Shown here: one piece after another, positions 1-11,390 of the stretch
Position numbering within the stretch: position 1 is the first letter of the stretch
Layout of the letters: each line of letters begins with the position of its first letter
Assembly (NCBI GenBank): GCA_964247055.1
Contig: OZ176053.1
Location: 10,540,001-10,604,000 of the forward strand
Direction of reading: 5' to 3'
Source of the DNA: Paragordius varius
Taxonomy: Eukaryota > Animalia > Nematomorpha
Length of the DNA: 64,000 nt
Notes under the pieces: generated by a model
The model's input: the letters and a program-made list of their open reading frames with translations, nothing else
The model's database searches: none
What the model was told of the DNA's origin: nothing
Position numbers and translations under genes: made by a program

Positions 1-1648
1 CTTTTAGATATTTTTGTGATAAAATTTTTCAACTAACAAACTAGAGTGGAAAAACAAAAAAATTGGTAATTATTTCAAAAAATGTTTGAATTCCAATTGC
101 GATTTCAACCTCACCAAATATAATTTACTTCACAGTGTGAAAAAATGAGGGTTACTTTCATATTCAAGAAAGCTACTGCTAAAGTTTTATATGCAATCAA
201 ATTTCTTTTGCGTTGCACCGCTAACTTTGGAAAATTTGAAACGAGGAAATGAGCAAATCCAAAATTTATGATAATTTAATAAAACTAACTCAAAATTTCA
301 TATTATATAAATATTTAAATATTGATAAATGGAAATTGCTTGATCACTTATATAGTTCAAATAGTGTTTAAAAATTACAGTATTTTATTTTTTTTAAAAA
401 AATAGCCATTTAAACTTAACATTAGCGAAAAAACCGGTAAAAATGCATTCCGGTCTCTATATTAAAGAAAAGAAATGCATTAAAATATGACAAAATTAAT
501 TAAAAAAATTACAAAAAGAATGTTTGAACAACCGGTTATTTAACCAGGTTAGTTTATAAACAGATTATGGTTGCTTGATTACACTAGACCACAAATTTTT
601 TCGTCACTCGAGTTTTATGCATTTTCTGATATTTATTATCATTTTAACAGTAAATCTGAGATAAAAATTATAATTCCATCTAAGATATTTGTATAATTTG
701 TTTTTTATGATTATGCGCCCTCTTTATAAATTTACTAAAAAAAATGTTTTTCCTTGAAAATATACAACAAATGCCCATTTGTAATATATCATTCGAAAGT
801 GTATTATAAACTCTATAAAACGCATACAAATATGTTTTACATCATAATTAATATTGGAGAAAGTGAAAAACCGGCGAAGCGAGAGCGTTTTTGTCAAAAA
901 ATATATTTTTACTACCAATGGATGAAAATAACTCAAACTTTGTATAGATGGCAATGAATGTCGAAACACTAATTTATTGCTTTTATATCATTCAAAACAG
1001 CCATTTTTAATTTTGTGTTTTTTAAAAAATACCATCCCATTTATATTAATTATTTTCTTTGGAAAGCTTATAATTTCAAAATTTTAAAGACTACAAATAC
1101 AATTTATGGTATATTAGTGTTATAGCCATAATGTAATAAATTTATAGTAATAACTCTGCATTTTACTATCCAGTAGGTAAAATAATTATGATAATAATAA
1201 TTTTAAAGCAAACCAAAAGCTTTAAAAATTTTTCAAAATAAAATACTAATGTAATCGTAATATTTATATTAAAATAATTTACATGATTTTTAAATTAGTT
1301 TGTCTATGCAAATTTTTGACTTAAAAATTTTGACCATATAAAGCAAATAACTTTTACATCAGGTTGACTAAATGACTTATTACCATTCAAAAGATTCAAC
1401 TTTTTGCGCTCTTTCGAATGATGGCTCTATCTGAAACTTTTAATTTAATAATTTTGAATTTAATGTTAAATCGGGCCCAAATATTTTAAATAGTAATAAT
1501 ATAAAATTCTTAGGTTTTAAACCATTTTTTTTCAGATAAACTTATTGCCTTAATGAAATAAATTTTAAATTCACAAGAATGGCACTTTAAAAAAGCCAAA
1601 ATTTATTGCCTATTGTAATGTTACAAACAGGTTGATGGATGGATAATT

Positions 1649-4645
1649 TTAGGATTCCATATTCGGAATTTTATATCCATGAAGTAGCTTCCTCCATAAA
1701 CTACGATCTTTACATTGTTCTGTGGAAAGGCTACGTTGATTCAAGTCCATTTTTATATTATCATTATAAGAAAAGAGTGGTCGTCCCTTTCTTCTATTGC
1801 CATCAACATTAATGTTTTCAACAGTTTTTAACGGATGGGTGGCGTCTCTTCTCTGAGTATGACCGTATAGACGCAATCTGTTAGTTTGAATTATATAATC
1901 GATTTTATCGTTTTCTTTAATGAAAATTGGTATTTCTGGTGTACGAAAGCAGCTTTTGAGTATTCGATTCTCACTGGTTAGGAGTTTTGTTTGATTTGTT
2001 TTGTTTAATGCCCAGGTTTCAGAACCATAGGTAAGAGCAGGTCTTATTCCTGCCTTGTAAAGATACCATTTATTACGATTGTTAACATGTTTGTTTTGGA
2101 AAACATATTTTAATTGATTATATTTTATCCAACCTTGTTGTATTCTTCTTTTGATAGCCTTTTGTGGGCTTCCCTGAGATGATATGACATCTCCTAGGTA
2201 TACGAAGGAGTCAACCAATTCGATGTCATGTCCATCAATGTTAAGTAGCTTTGGTCGATTAAAATTTTTATTGCTTGGGTCTAAGCAATTTAAGCATTTA
2301 AAATTAATTACATTTGTTAACTTGTCTTTTATTTTAGAGCACTTTTTGTGTACCCACAATTGACATGATATGCATTTAATGGAATTTGAACGTACTTCCT
2401 TACTGCAAATGGAACAGGGGTATCTGGGTGTTTCACTTTCACCCGTTATCATTATTTTTGTTTTTGTGGCGTTTATGATCATTCCATATTGTTTAAGGCA
2501 TTTCTTCCACTTGGAATATGTATTTACCAGTTGATCCCATGATCGTGTCGTTATCACGAGGTCGTCGGCAAATAACATTTCCCAAGGGCATTCACTTCTT
2601 ATGTCTTGCGTTGCCGCATCCATTATAGTTATAAAAAGGAGTGGACTAAGGACTGAACCCTGATGTAGTCCAGCGTTTGTTGGGAAATTGTTTGTATTGC
2701 CAATATTGGTTCTAACGTTGGTTGTTGTATTTTTATAGAGTAGTAATAAAATTTGTATAGTATGTTCTTCTATTCCCTTTTTACGTAGTGCCCATTGAAT
2801 TGTGGAGCGTGGTATTTGGTCAAACGCACGTTCCAGATCTACAAAGACATGATATAGCTTTTGTTTCTTTTCCAGATATTTTTCTTGTAAGCGTCTTAGG
2901 ATGAACAAGGGATCAATTGTGCTACTGTTTGGACGGAATGCAAACTGATTTGAATCTAAGCTTATAAGTTTTCTCAGCCTGTTTTCTAAAATATTTTCGA
3001 ATATTTTTAGTGTGTGTTCTAGAAGTTTTAAAGGTCGGTAGGACGATGTTTTTAAACGATCGCCTTTATTTTTATAAATGGGGATTATTATGCTGTTCTT
3101 CCAATCGTTGGGAGTTTGGTTTGTAATTATTATTTGGTTAAAGAGTTTTGTTAGATATTCTGCAGTGTTTGTGATGGGTCGAATGAGGTCGACTGAAAGG
3201 CTGCTTGGGCCTGGAGCTTTGTTACTTTTTAATTTATTGATTGCAGTTGTGACTTCATCTATGGTGATTTCTTGTATGGGACCAGCTACTGGTGAAACCA
3301 TGCTAATTTGTTTGGTCGGGTTTACTTGGTTGAGTTGTTTTTCTAAGTTCGTTTTCCAAATTTCTTTGACTTTCGAGGGATTCGTTATTATATTATCATT
3401 ATCATCTTTAATACATTTTATGGTTTTAACATCTTTATTACTATTGTTAAGGTTTTTGAGTCTTTTAAAAATCGTTTGGTTTTTAAAGTCTTTTTCTAAA
3501 CTTTCAGCGATTTTAATGGATTTTTCATTCATAGCGTGTCGAATGGCTTTCTGGACCTCTCGTTTTTTGTCATCATAAACTTTTTTATCATCATTATTTT
3601 TCGAGCTTTTCCATTTTTTATATGCTTCGCCTTTTTCACGCAACAATGGTTTTATTTCATTTTTCCACCACCAGCTTTTCCGTTGCCTCATTGGTTTAGT
3701 AAAGCCACAATGTATTTTAGCAGATGTTAGAATTGTGCTTTTAAAATTTTTCCATAGAGTTTCAACATTGTTTTGTTCGGGAATATTTAACGCTGTGTTT
3801 TTGGTGTATTCAGTTAATAATTTTGACTCCTTTAACTTTGCTATGTTTATTTTTTGGGGTTGGAATGCGGTCTTACGGCTTTTCTCGATGATTAGAAATG
3901 CTGTTATTAGCTTGTGTTGGTAGGAGGGTTGATAGTAAGTTTTGATGTTTGTTAAATGTTTCCTAATGTTTTTGGGAATTAATATGAAGTCTATCATAGA
4001 TGAGTGATCACCAGAATTATATGTTATATGCTGGTTGCTTTTTTTCTTAAAATGGGTATTTGCGACTATGAGTTGATTTGCAATGCAAAAGTCTAGCAAA
4101 CTCTCGCCCATCTTATCGAGGGTTCCGACGCCATTTCCACCATGCACGCCATGGTATTCATTACTATCATTATTAATATGGCAATTAAAATCACCACCAA
4201 CAAAAGTTTGTTCGCTAGAAGAAGTTTTGTTCATCAAATCATAGAGGGCTTCCCAATATTCGTTTTTTGATGCTTCGCTTAGACCAGATTGTGGTGCGTA
4301 AGTTGAAACTATATTTATTACATTATCATTCATCAATATTTTTATTTGAATCATTCTTGGATTATGTCTTATTACATCAATTATGTTATCACGGTAGATG
4401 TTTTTAATGAAAATCGCAACACCACCTTGTCCCTTGTCATTTCCTTCAAAGAATAGTGTATAATCGTCTAAGCTTTTCAATCCCTCTCCTTTCAATCTGG
4501 CCTCTTGGATGCAACATATATCTATATTGTTATGACTAAGAGTGTTTGTTACCATTAATATTTTGTTAACGAGGGTACCCACATTCCAAGTAGCAAATTT
4601 CAGAACTGTTTTGTTATTATTACTAACGGTATTATTTATTTTCAT
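1649..4645 (-). CDS. RTE polyprotein: APE-type endonuclease + reverse transcriptase + PHD-like finger + RTE C-terminal domain (998 aa, uninterrupted)
   Basis: EN motifs TWNVGTL, CIQE, GGDFN, IDFIL. RT motifs KAPGP, YRPLKLL, VDLERAFD, GLHQGSVLSPLLF, LFADD. C-terminal YGSETW, LYGHTQR and GRP..D motifs typical of RTE. Confidence 0.95.
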   Translation of the reverse strand: MKINNTVSNNNKTVLKFATWNVGTLVNKILMVTNTLSHNNIDICCIQEARLKGEGLKSLDDYTLFFEGNDKGQGGVAIFIKNIYRDNIIDVIRHNPRMIQIKILMNDNVINIVSTYAPQSGLSEASKNEYWEALYDLMNKTSSSEQTFVGGDFNCHINNDSNEYHGVHGGNGVGTLDKMGESLLDFCIANQLIVANTHFKKKSNQHITYNSGDHSSMIDFILIPKNIRKHLTNIKTYYQPSYQHKLITAFLIIEKSRKTAFQPQKINIAKLKESKLLTEYTKNTALNIPEQNNVETLWKNFKSTILTSAKIHCGFTKPMRQRKSWWWKNEIKPLLREKGEAYKKWKSSKNNDDKKVYDDKKREVQKAIRHAMNEKSIKIAESLEKDFKNQTIFKRLKNLNNSNKDVKTIKCIKDDNDNIITNPSKVKEIWKTNLEKQLNQVNPTKQISMVSPVAGPIQEITIDEVTTAINKLKSNKAPGPSSLSVDLIRPITNTAEYLTKLFNQIIITNQTPNDWKNSIIIPIYKNKGDRLKTSSYRPLKLLEHTLKIFENILENRLRKLISLDSNQFAFRPNSSTIDPLFILRRLQEKYLEKKQKLYHVFVDLERAFDQIPRSTIQWALRKKGIEEHTIQILLLLYKNTTTNVRTNIGNTNNFPTNAGLHQGSVLSPLLFITIMDAATQDIRSECPWEMLFADDLVITTRSWDQLVNTYSKWKKCLKQYGMIINATKTKIMITGESETPRYPCSICSKEVRSNSIKCISCQLWVHKKCSKIKDKLTNVINFKCLNCLDPSNKNFNRPKLLNIDGHDIELVDSFVYLGDVISSQGSPQKAIKRRIQQGWIKYNQLKYVFQNKHVNNRNKWYLYKAGIRPALTYGSETWALNKTNQTKLLTSENRILKSCFRTPEIPIFIKENDKIDYIIQTNRLRLYGHTQRRDATHPLKTVENINVDGNRRKGRPLFSYNDNIKMDLNQRSLSTEQCKDRSLWRKLLHGYKIPNMES

Positions 4646-4912
4646 AGTTTTGGTAGTTTTTATTATAATATATATCAGAAAATATAGGGTATAAAAGTGT
4701 AAATAGGAAATATTATCAATAAATAGGAAATATTATCAAAATAATTATTATTATAAGTTGAATTATTATTGTTATTTGAGATGTTGATAGGTTTTAATGT
4801 TCTTTCAAATTCATATTCATATTATTATACTTCATGGTTTATTGAGGCAATTTTTTACGTAACACATGCCCTTGTGTACAACTAATGATTTTACAGATCA
4901 TTAGAAAACTGG

Positions 4913-4982
4913 CCTTTGCCGTTAGCGCATTTTCATGCCCCAGCCAACACCACGGGGAGGTGGCAATAGGACTTTGTTGGCC
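4913..4982 (-). ncRNA. HDV-like (CPEB3-class) self-cleaving ribozyme at the 5' end of the RTE element
   Basis: Minus strand folds as P1 GGCCAAC/GTTGGCT (G1-U wobble), P2 TTGCC/GGCAA (extendable CCT/AGG), P3 ACC/GGT, L3 TCCCCGT, P1.1 CC/GG, P4 GCAT-GAAA-ATGC, J4/2 GCTAAC with the catalytic-position C at 4925. G1 abuts the TSD. Confidence 0.85.
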
Positions 4983-5447
4983 ACAAACAGGTTGAACAAT
5001 TTTTAAATATTTTTTCAAAAAATGGTTATTTTTTTGGAATGTCACTCAATATTACGAAAACTTGGCGGCATGTGATTCCCATGATGTGTCAAAAATAGAT
5101 TTTCATGCATTGCAGATATTTTTTAGGTATTTTTTTATTAAAAATTTTAATAATTACGGTTTAGTTGGTCTAGTGTGAATTATAGATATTGAAAACTTAA
5201 TATTTAAATTATTTTACGCTTTATATGTTTGATAAGTAGTACAAGTTTGAAATTATTTTAATATATTTTATTGACCTTAACTATTTAAAAATAATTAATT
5301 AATTATAAATCAATTATCTATATAAAAGATATAAATTTACTAATTTATATAAATAAAATAAATGTAAAAAATATATATAAAAATTTCGATTTGATAATTA
5401 ATATATTTACATATTGATTGACTTCGCAATTTATTTATGATTTTGTA

Positions 5448-5999
5448 CTAAACATAAGATTTTGATGTGGTACCTTCAAGATAGCTAATTGCCTATATTT
5501 ATATAGATATAGAGGTACTTTATTAATCCCAGGTAAGTATAAAATTGAGCTAAGAATAGGTATTCGTCGTAGAAAGGATATAACCACAGGGAAAAAACCT
5601 CTAATAAAAAGACATTTGTAAATTTATTAATTTTAAACAATTTAAATAATAATTACCCAAAAAGCATAACAAATCCGTAACTTTCAACAAAAAAACCGAT
5701 TAATGGCCATCCCATCAACACTAATGCTATACCGGTTGCAAATCCCAAACTTCCCTTCCATTTATGTTTTTGAAAAAAAAATTTGATTGTTCGCTCAAAG
5801 CCAATAACTGATATAAGGCCACATATAAATAAAAGCTAAATTTTAATAAAACTAATACGTTTCCAATCGCCAAAAGGGCTTTGTCAAAAAAGAATAAAAC
5901 ACCAAGAACAATAAAAAGGATGCCAAAGGTGACTAATCCAATCCCAATTTCTAAAATTATAAATAATACGTCACTTTGTAAATCGTTTATTTGGATCAT
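5448..5999 (-). CDS. GOLT1B: Vesicle transport protein GOT1 (GOLT1A/B family), 5 exons, 140 aa
   Basis: Exons 5999-5975, 5950-5859, 5835-5657, 5600-5519, 5492-5448 give MIQINDLQKIGIGL..FDKALLAIGN..GFERTIKFFFQKHK..GWPLIG..GFFPVVISFLRRIP. Introns 24, 23, 56 and 26 nt. Confidence 0.93.
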
Positions 6000-6782
6000 G
6001 TGGTTAGCATGTTGAGACTTTACCGTATCATATGAAATAATTAATTCACTATGTACAGATTAAAATTGGACATATAATTATAATATGTCCTATTTATATT
6101 TTGTACCATACTCATATTTTTTGGGATATTTATAATTCAGTTTTATTTACTTTTGCGCTCGGCTCATATCGATATTTACAGCACCTATTATAGCAATTTA
6201 TTTCGCAGACCTAAGATTTCACCCCAAAACCTAATAAAATATATGAAAATAAAAAAATATAATGTATATTAAATTTAAATCTAAGATCCGATAATTTAGA
6301 TGTTGGAACCTCTCAAGCGTGTTTCCTTATATAAAAGACAAAGTGCCGAGATTTTAGGTGAGTTTTTTCAGAACATTAGTATAAAAAAATATACCAATTT
6401 ATATATATCAATAAAAAAAGAAAACAATGTTTGGCGCATTAGTTTGATTAAATTTGTCAATGCTTATTAGCTAAATATTTAGCCTATTTTCTTATATTTA
6501 AAATAGAGTTTTTCAATATTATCTAATTTGTGGCTTGGGCAGCTATTCTCATTTTGAATCGAAGATTACATTGGCAATGAATGTGATTAGTTTAATCACC
6601 AAAAATTTACACTTCATGAGCCGTTTTTGCGGATTACCTATTGAGGTAGATTTGTAATCGAGAGCTAGATCTTGAGAATAAACTACTGCTTAGAAAATTA
6701 TACAATTTACTTATTAACCATCATTGTTATCCCCTATTAGATAAAAAATGTTAAATTATTAATTTGTCACAAACACGATAAA

Positions 6783-7307
6783 CATTTCGATTCAATTTGG
6801 GGTATTTAAATACCCCAGACTTAATTTAAGATTCGTAAAAACCACAGAAGGAAACGGTAATTTATGCTTCTGTTAAATATTATATAAATATGCCAATATA
6901 TATAACTATATTTCATTTTGAAAAAAACATGTCAAAGTATTTCGACGGCATTTTAATTTTATAAAATTTTTGCAAAATATCATCTTCCTTAAGTTTTAAG
7001 GGTAAAATTATAGCTATTTTTAAATTACATCTAACATTGATATAAAAAATGGTTTCATTTGCATTATTTTTCATTTTATCATTGCACACAAGTCTAACTA
7101 AATTTTTACCTTTGGTTAGCACAAAATAAGTTATATCGAATATTTATTTTTTTTTTAAATATTTCTGCTTATTAATGTTATATAAGTGCTAAACTTTGCC
7201 ATGGTTTCGATTCCTTCCATATTTTTTAAATATATTTTAAACAGGCTTGGGGCAACCAACCACCTCAATTTAAATGAAAGACTAAAATGGTGTGTTGTAT
7301 TCAAGTA
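6783..7307 (+). mobile_element. piggyBac-type (TTAA) MITE, degenerate copy
   Basis: Shares CATTTCGATTCAATTTGGGGTATTTAAATACCCCAGAC left end and ..GTGTTGTATTCAAGTA-TTAA right end with the copies at 46.8-57.9 kb. Confidence 0.75.
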
Positions 7308-10300
7308 TTAAGATGCAAATTGGCGTCTGTCACTGAATCACCGTTGAACGGTGTTAAGGGCAGCAGGGAATGGCTTTTGTGAAGAGACGTGGGTCTACTA
7401 TGACCTATTGCTACAAACTGATATTAAACTGCTTGGTGTTAGAACTCTTACTTAAGTTAATTTATTAAAAAGACTCTATATTTGTCTATTTTTCAAAAAA
7501 TAGCAACGAAGAAGTGAGATGCGGATTTCTTTACACTTATGCATCTAAAAAAATTTTTTCCTTAAGCGCCCATAATACTGGAGATATTTTTATAAAACAT
7601 CACCTTAATCACTGTAATATATTTATTCTCAGATATAAAACCCTAAAAGGTAGTGAAGTTTTAACTACAAAAGTATAGATTTATAAAATTTTGATAATTT
7701 TTTTTCCCAAAACAACCTTTTAACCAGGAGTTAAATTTTTAGCCTATTAATTCAACCCAAAATGTAATATAAAAAATAAAAGGGTAAGGTAGATTTTTTA
7801 TAAACAAATATTTTATATAAATTGTGGATCTAGTTTTTAATGTATATTTCATGATGTTCCGCATGGTATTAGACTTTATACACACTGTTATTAAGTGCCT
7901 TAATTTGTGTAAGGCCACAATAGTATGTATTTTTTAAGAGAATAATAAAGAATGTAATTAAAATTAATTGAAAAAGCACATACTTTATTAACATTTTTTC
8001 GTGCGACGACGCTTATCGATTTTTGGACTTTGTACAAATAAATGTGCTTCCAGATATTAATCCCATATTGAGATTTGATACATTTCATATTATATTTGAA
8101 TGGATCAATGTACTTGAAAGTCTGATTAAATATTCTATTGATGATTCTTGAATCACAATTTTTTACATTCTCATATATTTACCATTTATTGTTTTGTCCC
8201 AAAATTTTATGTGGTTTATAAATTCTTATCAATGATCGAAATATCGATAATACATAAAAAAATTTGAGATAGTAGCCTCAGTGCCTTTTATACAATTAAT
8301 CCATGAAAACTTGGAGGTTCTTAAACATTGTAAATTGTGATACCTGAAAGTCATTTATGTGTGATGTATAACAATTCCAGGGCAAATATGCATAAACAGG
8401 TTTAATTAAATTATATTTTAATTTTTATCTCTCGTTTTTGATTTTATTTTAAATTTTTTTGTTCAAAAATTATTTATTCTTTCTTGAAATAGGTAATAGT
8501 ATTAAATTATGCGAAGCTAATTGACCCTTTCTAATTTCACGAATATTTTGATTTTGGGCTATATTAATAACTTTAGACCCCAGCCCTAAAGTGCCTTCTA
8601 GGTCTTAATTTACTTTTTTATTTAGAGACAGGTCTGCAATATTTGCCGGTATTATAGAGGTCACGACCCTTGAGACAAAAAAATATTTTATTTGGTCATT
8701 CTAAATGTTTTATTCAATACTACTGGTGTTTATATGTTAAAGATTTGGATATTTAGCAATTTAATTCATACAAAGTATATTACCCCAAATTTGTTTCATG
8801 GGTTTTTATTTGAAACATAATTTTATATATCTAATGTATAAATTCCAATTTTTATGCACCACTAATTAATTATTTTGATTTTAGAATTTTCCAAAACTAT
8901 ATACCTTGTTAACACATTTCTTTTTACCAATGTTGTTAGCGCATTAGTAAAATCACAAATATATATGTATAGATTTATATATTGAATATTGGAATAATAA
9001 TCTAATTAACTGGTGAGATGACACATATTTTGACATTTTGCAAATTTATTAAATTAAAATTGTTATAATTTTAAATCATCCACATTATTCGTTAACCATA
9101 ACATTTATTTTTATCACATTGTTTCTATATGTTTCTTTTATGTTGTAATCCTAAAATATAATTTTCATTTTTATTGATTTTGTAAAATATATTATTTATA
9201 TAGATAGATAGATTAGATATTGGATATTTGGTTGGTTTTTTATCCTATTGAATAGTATGTATGTAATACGTCTTTTATTATCATAGTTCATTTCCTTTAG
9301 TAAATAGTAGTAGCGATCGTCAATATTATCATTTAAAGTTAAGTTTTTTAATATATATCTATCTAAACATTTATTGAATAATAATGGATAAAAACAATTA
9401 TATCAATATTTGATATATCTATGCTTGCTCTCTCTCGTTTTAATTTTTATTTCATTACGTATTTTCAGGACAATGGTGTCATGGGGTTAAATTTCAATTT
9501 TACGTTTTGAATAAAATTTAAGATGTCGGATATCAGTTAATCCGTTTTAATATCTTTTATGTTAAAATCAGATGGTCAATTTTTATTTAAACTTTGTAGC
9601 AATATTAGTACAATGGTGCTATTCATGAATGTTTTACAGACACATTATTTTATCTTATATTAAATATCACAGACTTATTGACTTATTTTATTGGCAGTGG
9701 TTCATTTTTAAATTCATAGTTGCGCTTTAAACTTTTGCTCACAATAATAATGGAAAAAGCATACGACTTTTTTTTTCAAAAATGCGTGACAAAATTTTAG
9801 CTAAAAATATGATTTGAATTCAATTTATATTTTATGACACGACGCAAATTTTTTGGTATTTACTGAAAGCGTTTTTAACTTTATTAAATATATTAAATTA
9901 TCTTATTCCATTATTTAATCGTTAGGTATTTTTAGTTTTGTATTTTTGAAACTACTCTCCAAAATCTATAATCTTTCTGAATATATTGTATAAAAATTAT
10001 TTTTATTTTTTTACGCTATATTTGAAATAGCTTTATTTAATTATTTAATGGGCTTAATTTATAGGCGAATCTTGGTATGTGTTGTGTTAATTACATCTCA
10101 ATTTAATTTCTAAATAATTTTGAGTAATTATTATATATTCAAAGTATTAGGTTCTCCGAAAATTCTTAAGACCTTTTTAAACCATATATTTAATGTAGGG
10201 AAAATGCGCTGATGCGGTTATCACTCTATTGAGTGTATAATTAGTCTTTATGTAGTGAAGTAGGTCCTTATTCATGGTGCTAATTCTTGTATGATATTTC

Positions 10301-10329
10301 ATATAAAATAATTTTCTATATATAATAAT

Positions 10330-11390
10330 GCATAACCTGTGATGCAGTTGATCGCTTAAATGAGTGTTTGTCCAAAAATCGTAGGATTAAAAAACCCTAC
10401 GTCAATTCCTAATTAGGTTTGATTAAATAATTTGCTAAAACCTAACCCAGATTTCTAATAGTATTTAGAAATATCTGGAATAATCATAGATTCCATATGT
10501 TCCTATAAGTTCTTGGAAATATTGCTTAAAAACTAAAAAAATGTTCTATGGCGGCGCATTTATCAGGCCTAAAACTTTACTTAGCGACTTATTAAAATAA
10601 CCCCCTATATCAAAATATTTGTTTTTCAAGGGGTCATAAATATTTTACTTTATTGAATCATATTCTCATAGGGTTTCTGAAATTTGCCTCTAAAGGCATG
10701 CTGTATCGATATAATGATGCAGTTTTACGCGGGTAGCCCCCTAACCAGGCGCGAAACAAAAAACGCTCGATTAAAATTTTTGACTTAATTCGATACCCGG
10801 AATCATGATTGATTCCATTTGCTCTCGTGGGATTTTCGAAAAATTGCTTCAAAATCAAAAAGTCATTCTATGGTGGCGCATTTTTCAGGGAAAGGGTTTA
10901 ATATAGGGTAATTCAATAAAACTACTTCAATTTTTGCTTTACTACGGGTAATATTTCAAGCCCTTATTTTCATATGGTTTAAAAAGTTTTCTAAATTTTG
11001 CCTCCAAAGTCACGCTGTATCGATATGGTGGCACAGTTGTAGGCGGGGATCCCTTAACCCAGAAATATAAAAGTTCAATAAAAAATTTGCCTTTTTAGGG
11101 GAATACTTGGAATCATCTTTCCATATCTTCCTAATAGTTTTTGGAAGAATGGCATTAAAACTAAATAATAGTTCAATTATAGCGCATTTTTTAGGGCGTA
11201 AAGGGCTTAATTAACGAATTTAAAAAAACTGCTCGACTTAAATTTTTGCCTTTTACGGGTAATATTTCAGGCCCTATTAAACTTATATGGCCTGATAAGT
11301 TTTCTGAAAATTAACTTATAAAAAAAACGCACGACTAAAATTTTTGCCTAATAGGGAATACCTGGAATCCTCATTGAATTTACGGTCTCA
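10330..11390. repeat. Degenerate tandem array of ~315-bp units (about 3.5 copies)
   Basis: Anchors ctatggcggcgcattt (~10546), ctatggtggcgcattt (~10868), tatagcgcatttt (~11178); gctgtatcgatat at ~10700 and ~11014. A reversed unit fragment lies at ~13310-13420. Confidence 0.75.

Larger units (their letters stand above)
1636..4982 (-). mobile_element. Full-length RTE-clade non-LTR retrotransposon (3347 bp)
   Basis: Identical 13-bp TSD ACAAACAGGTTGA at 1623-1635 and 4983-4995. Single EN-RT ORF, 337-nt 5'UTR, 13-nt 3'UTR ending in ATCCATCCA. Confidence 0.95.
582..5174. mobile_element. Old non-autonomous DNA transposon with short CACTAGACCA TIRs, interrupted by the RTE LINE
   Basis: CACTAGACCA at 582-591 and its inverse TGGTCTAGTG at 5165-5174. 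582-700 and 975-1620 are clearly homologous to 49885-50635. Flanks (atta / tgaa) may be decayed TTAA, so a piggyBac-type origin is inference only. Confidence 0.5.

Noticed and set aside
3078-3923. Plus-strand ORFs of 166, 64 and 62 aa
   Set aside because: Antisense shadows of the RTE ORF; no recognisable motifs.
4839-5045. 68-aa minus ORF as a possible ORF1
   Set aside because: It starts outside the TSD and runs through the ribozyme, so it is not part of the element transcript.
7325-7400. Hammerhead or second HDV ribozyme
   Set aside because: No CUGAnGA plus GAAA core and no HDV P1/P3/L3 arrangement on either strand.
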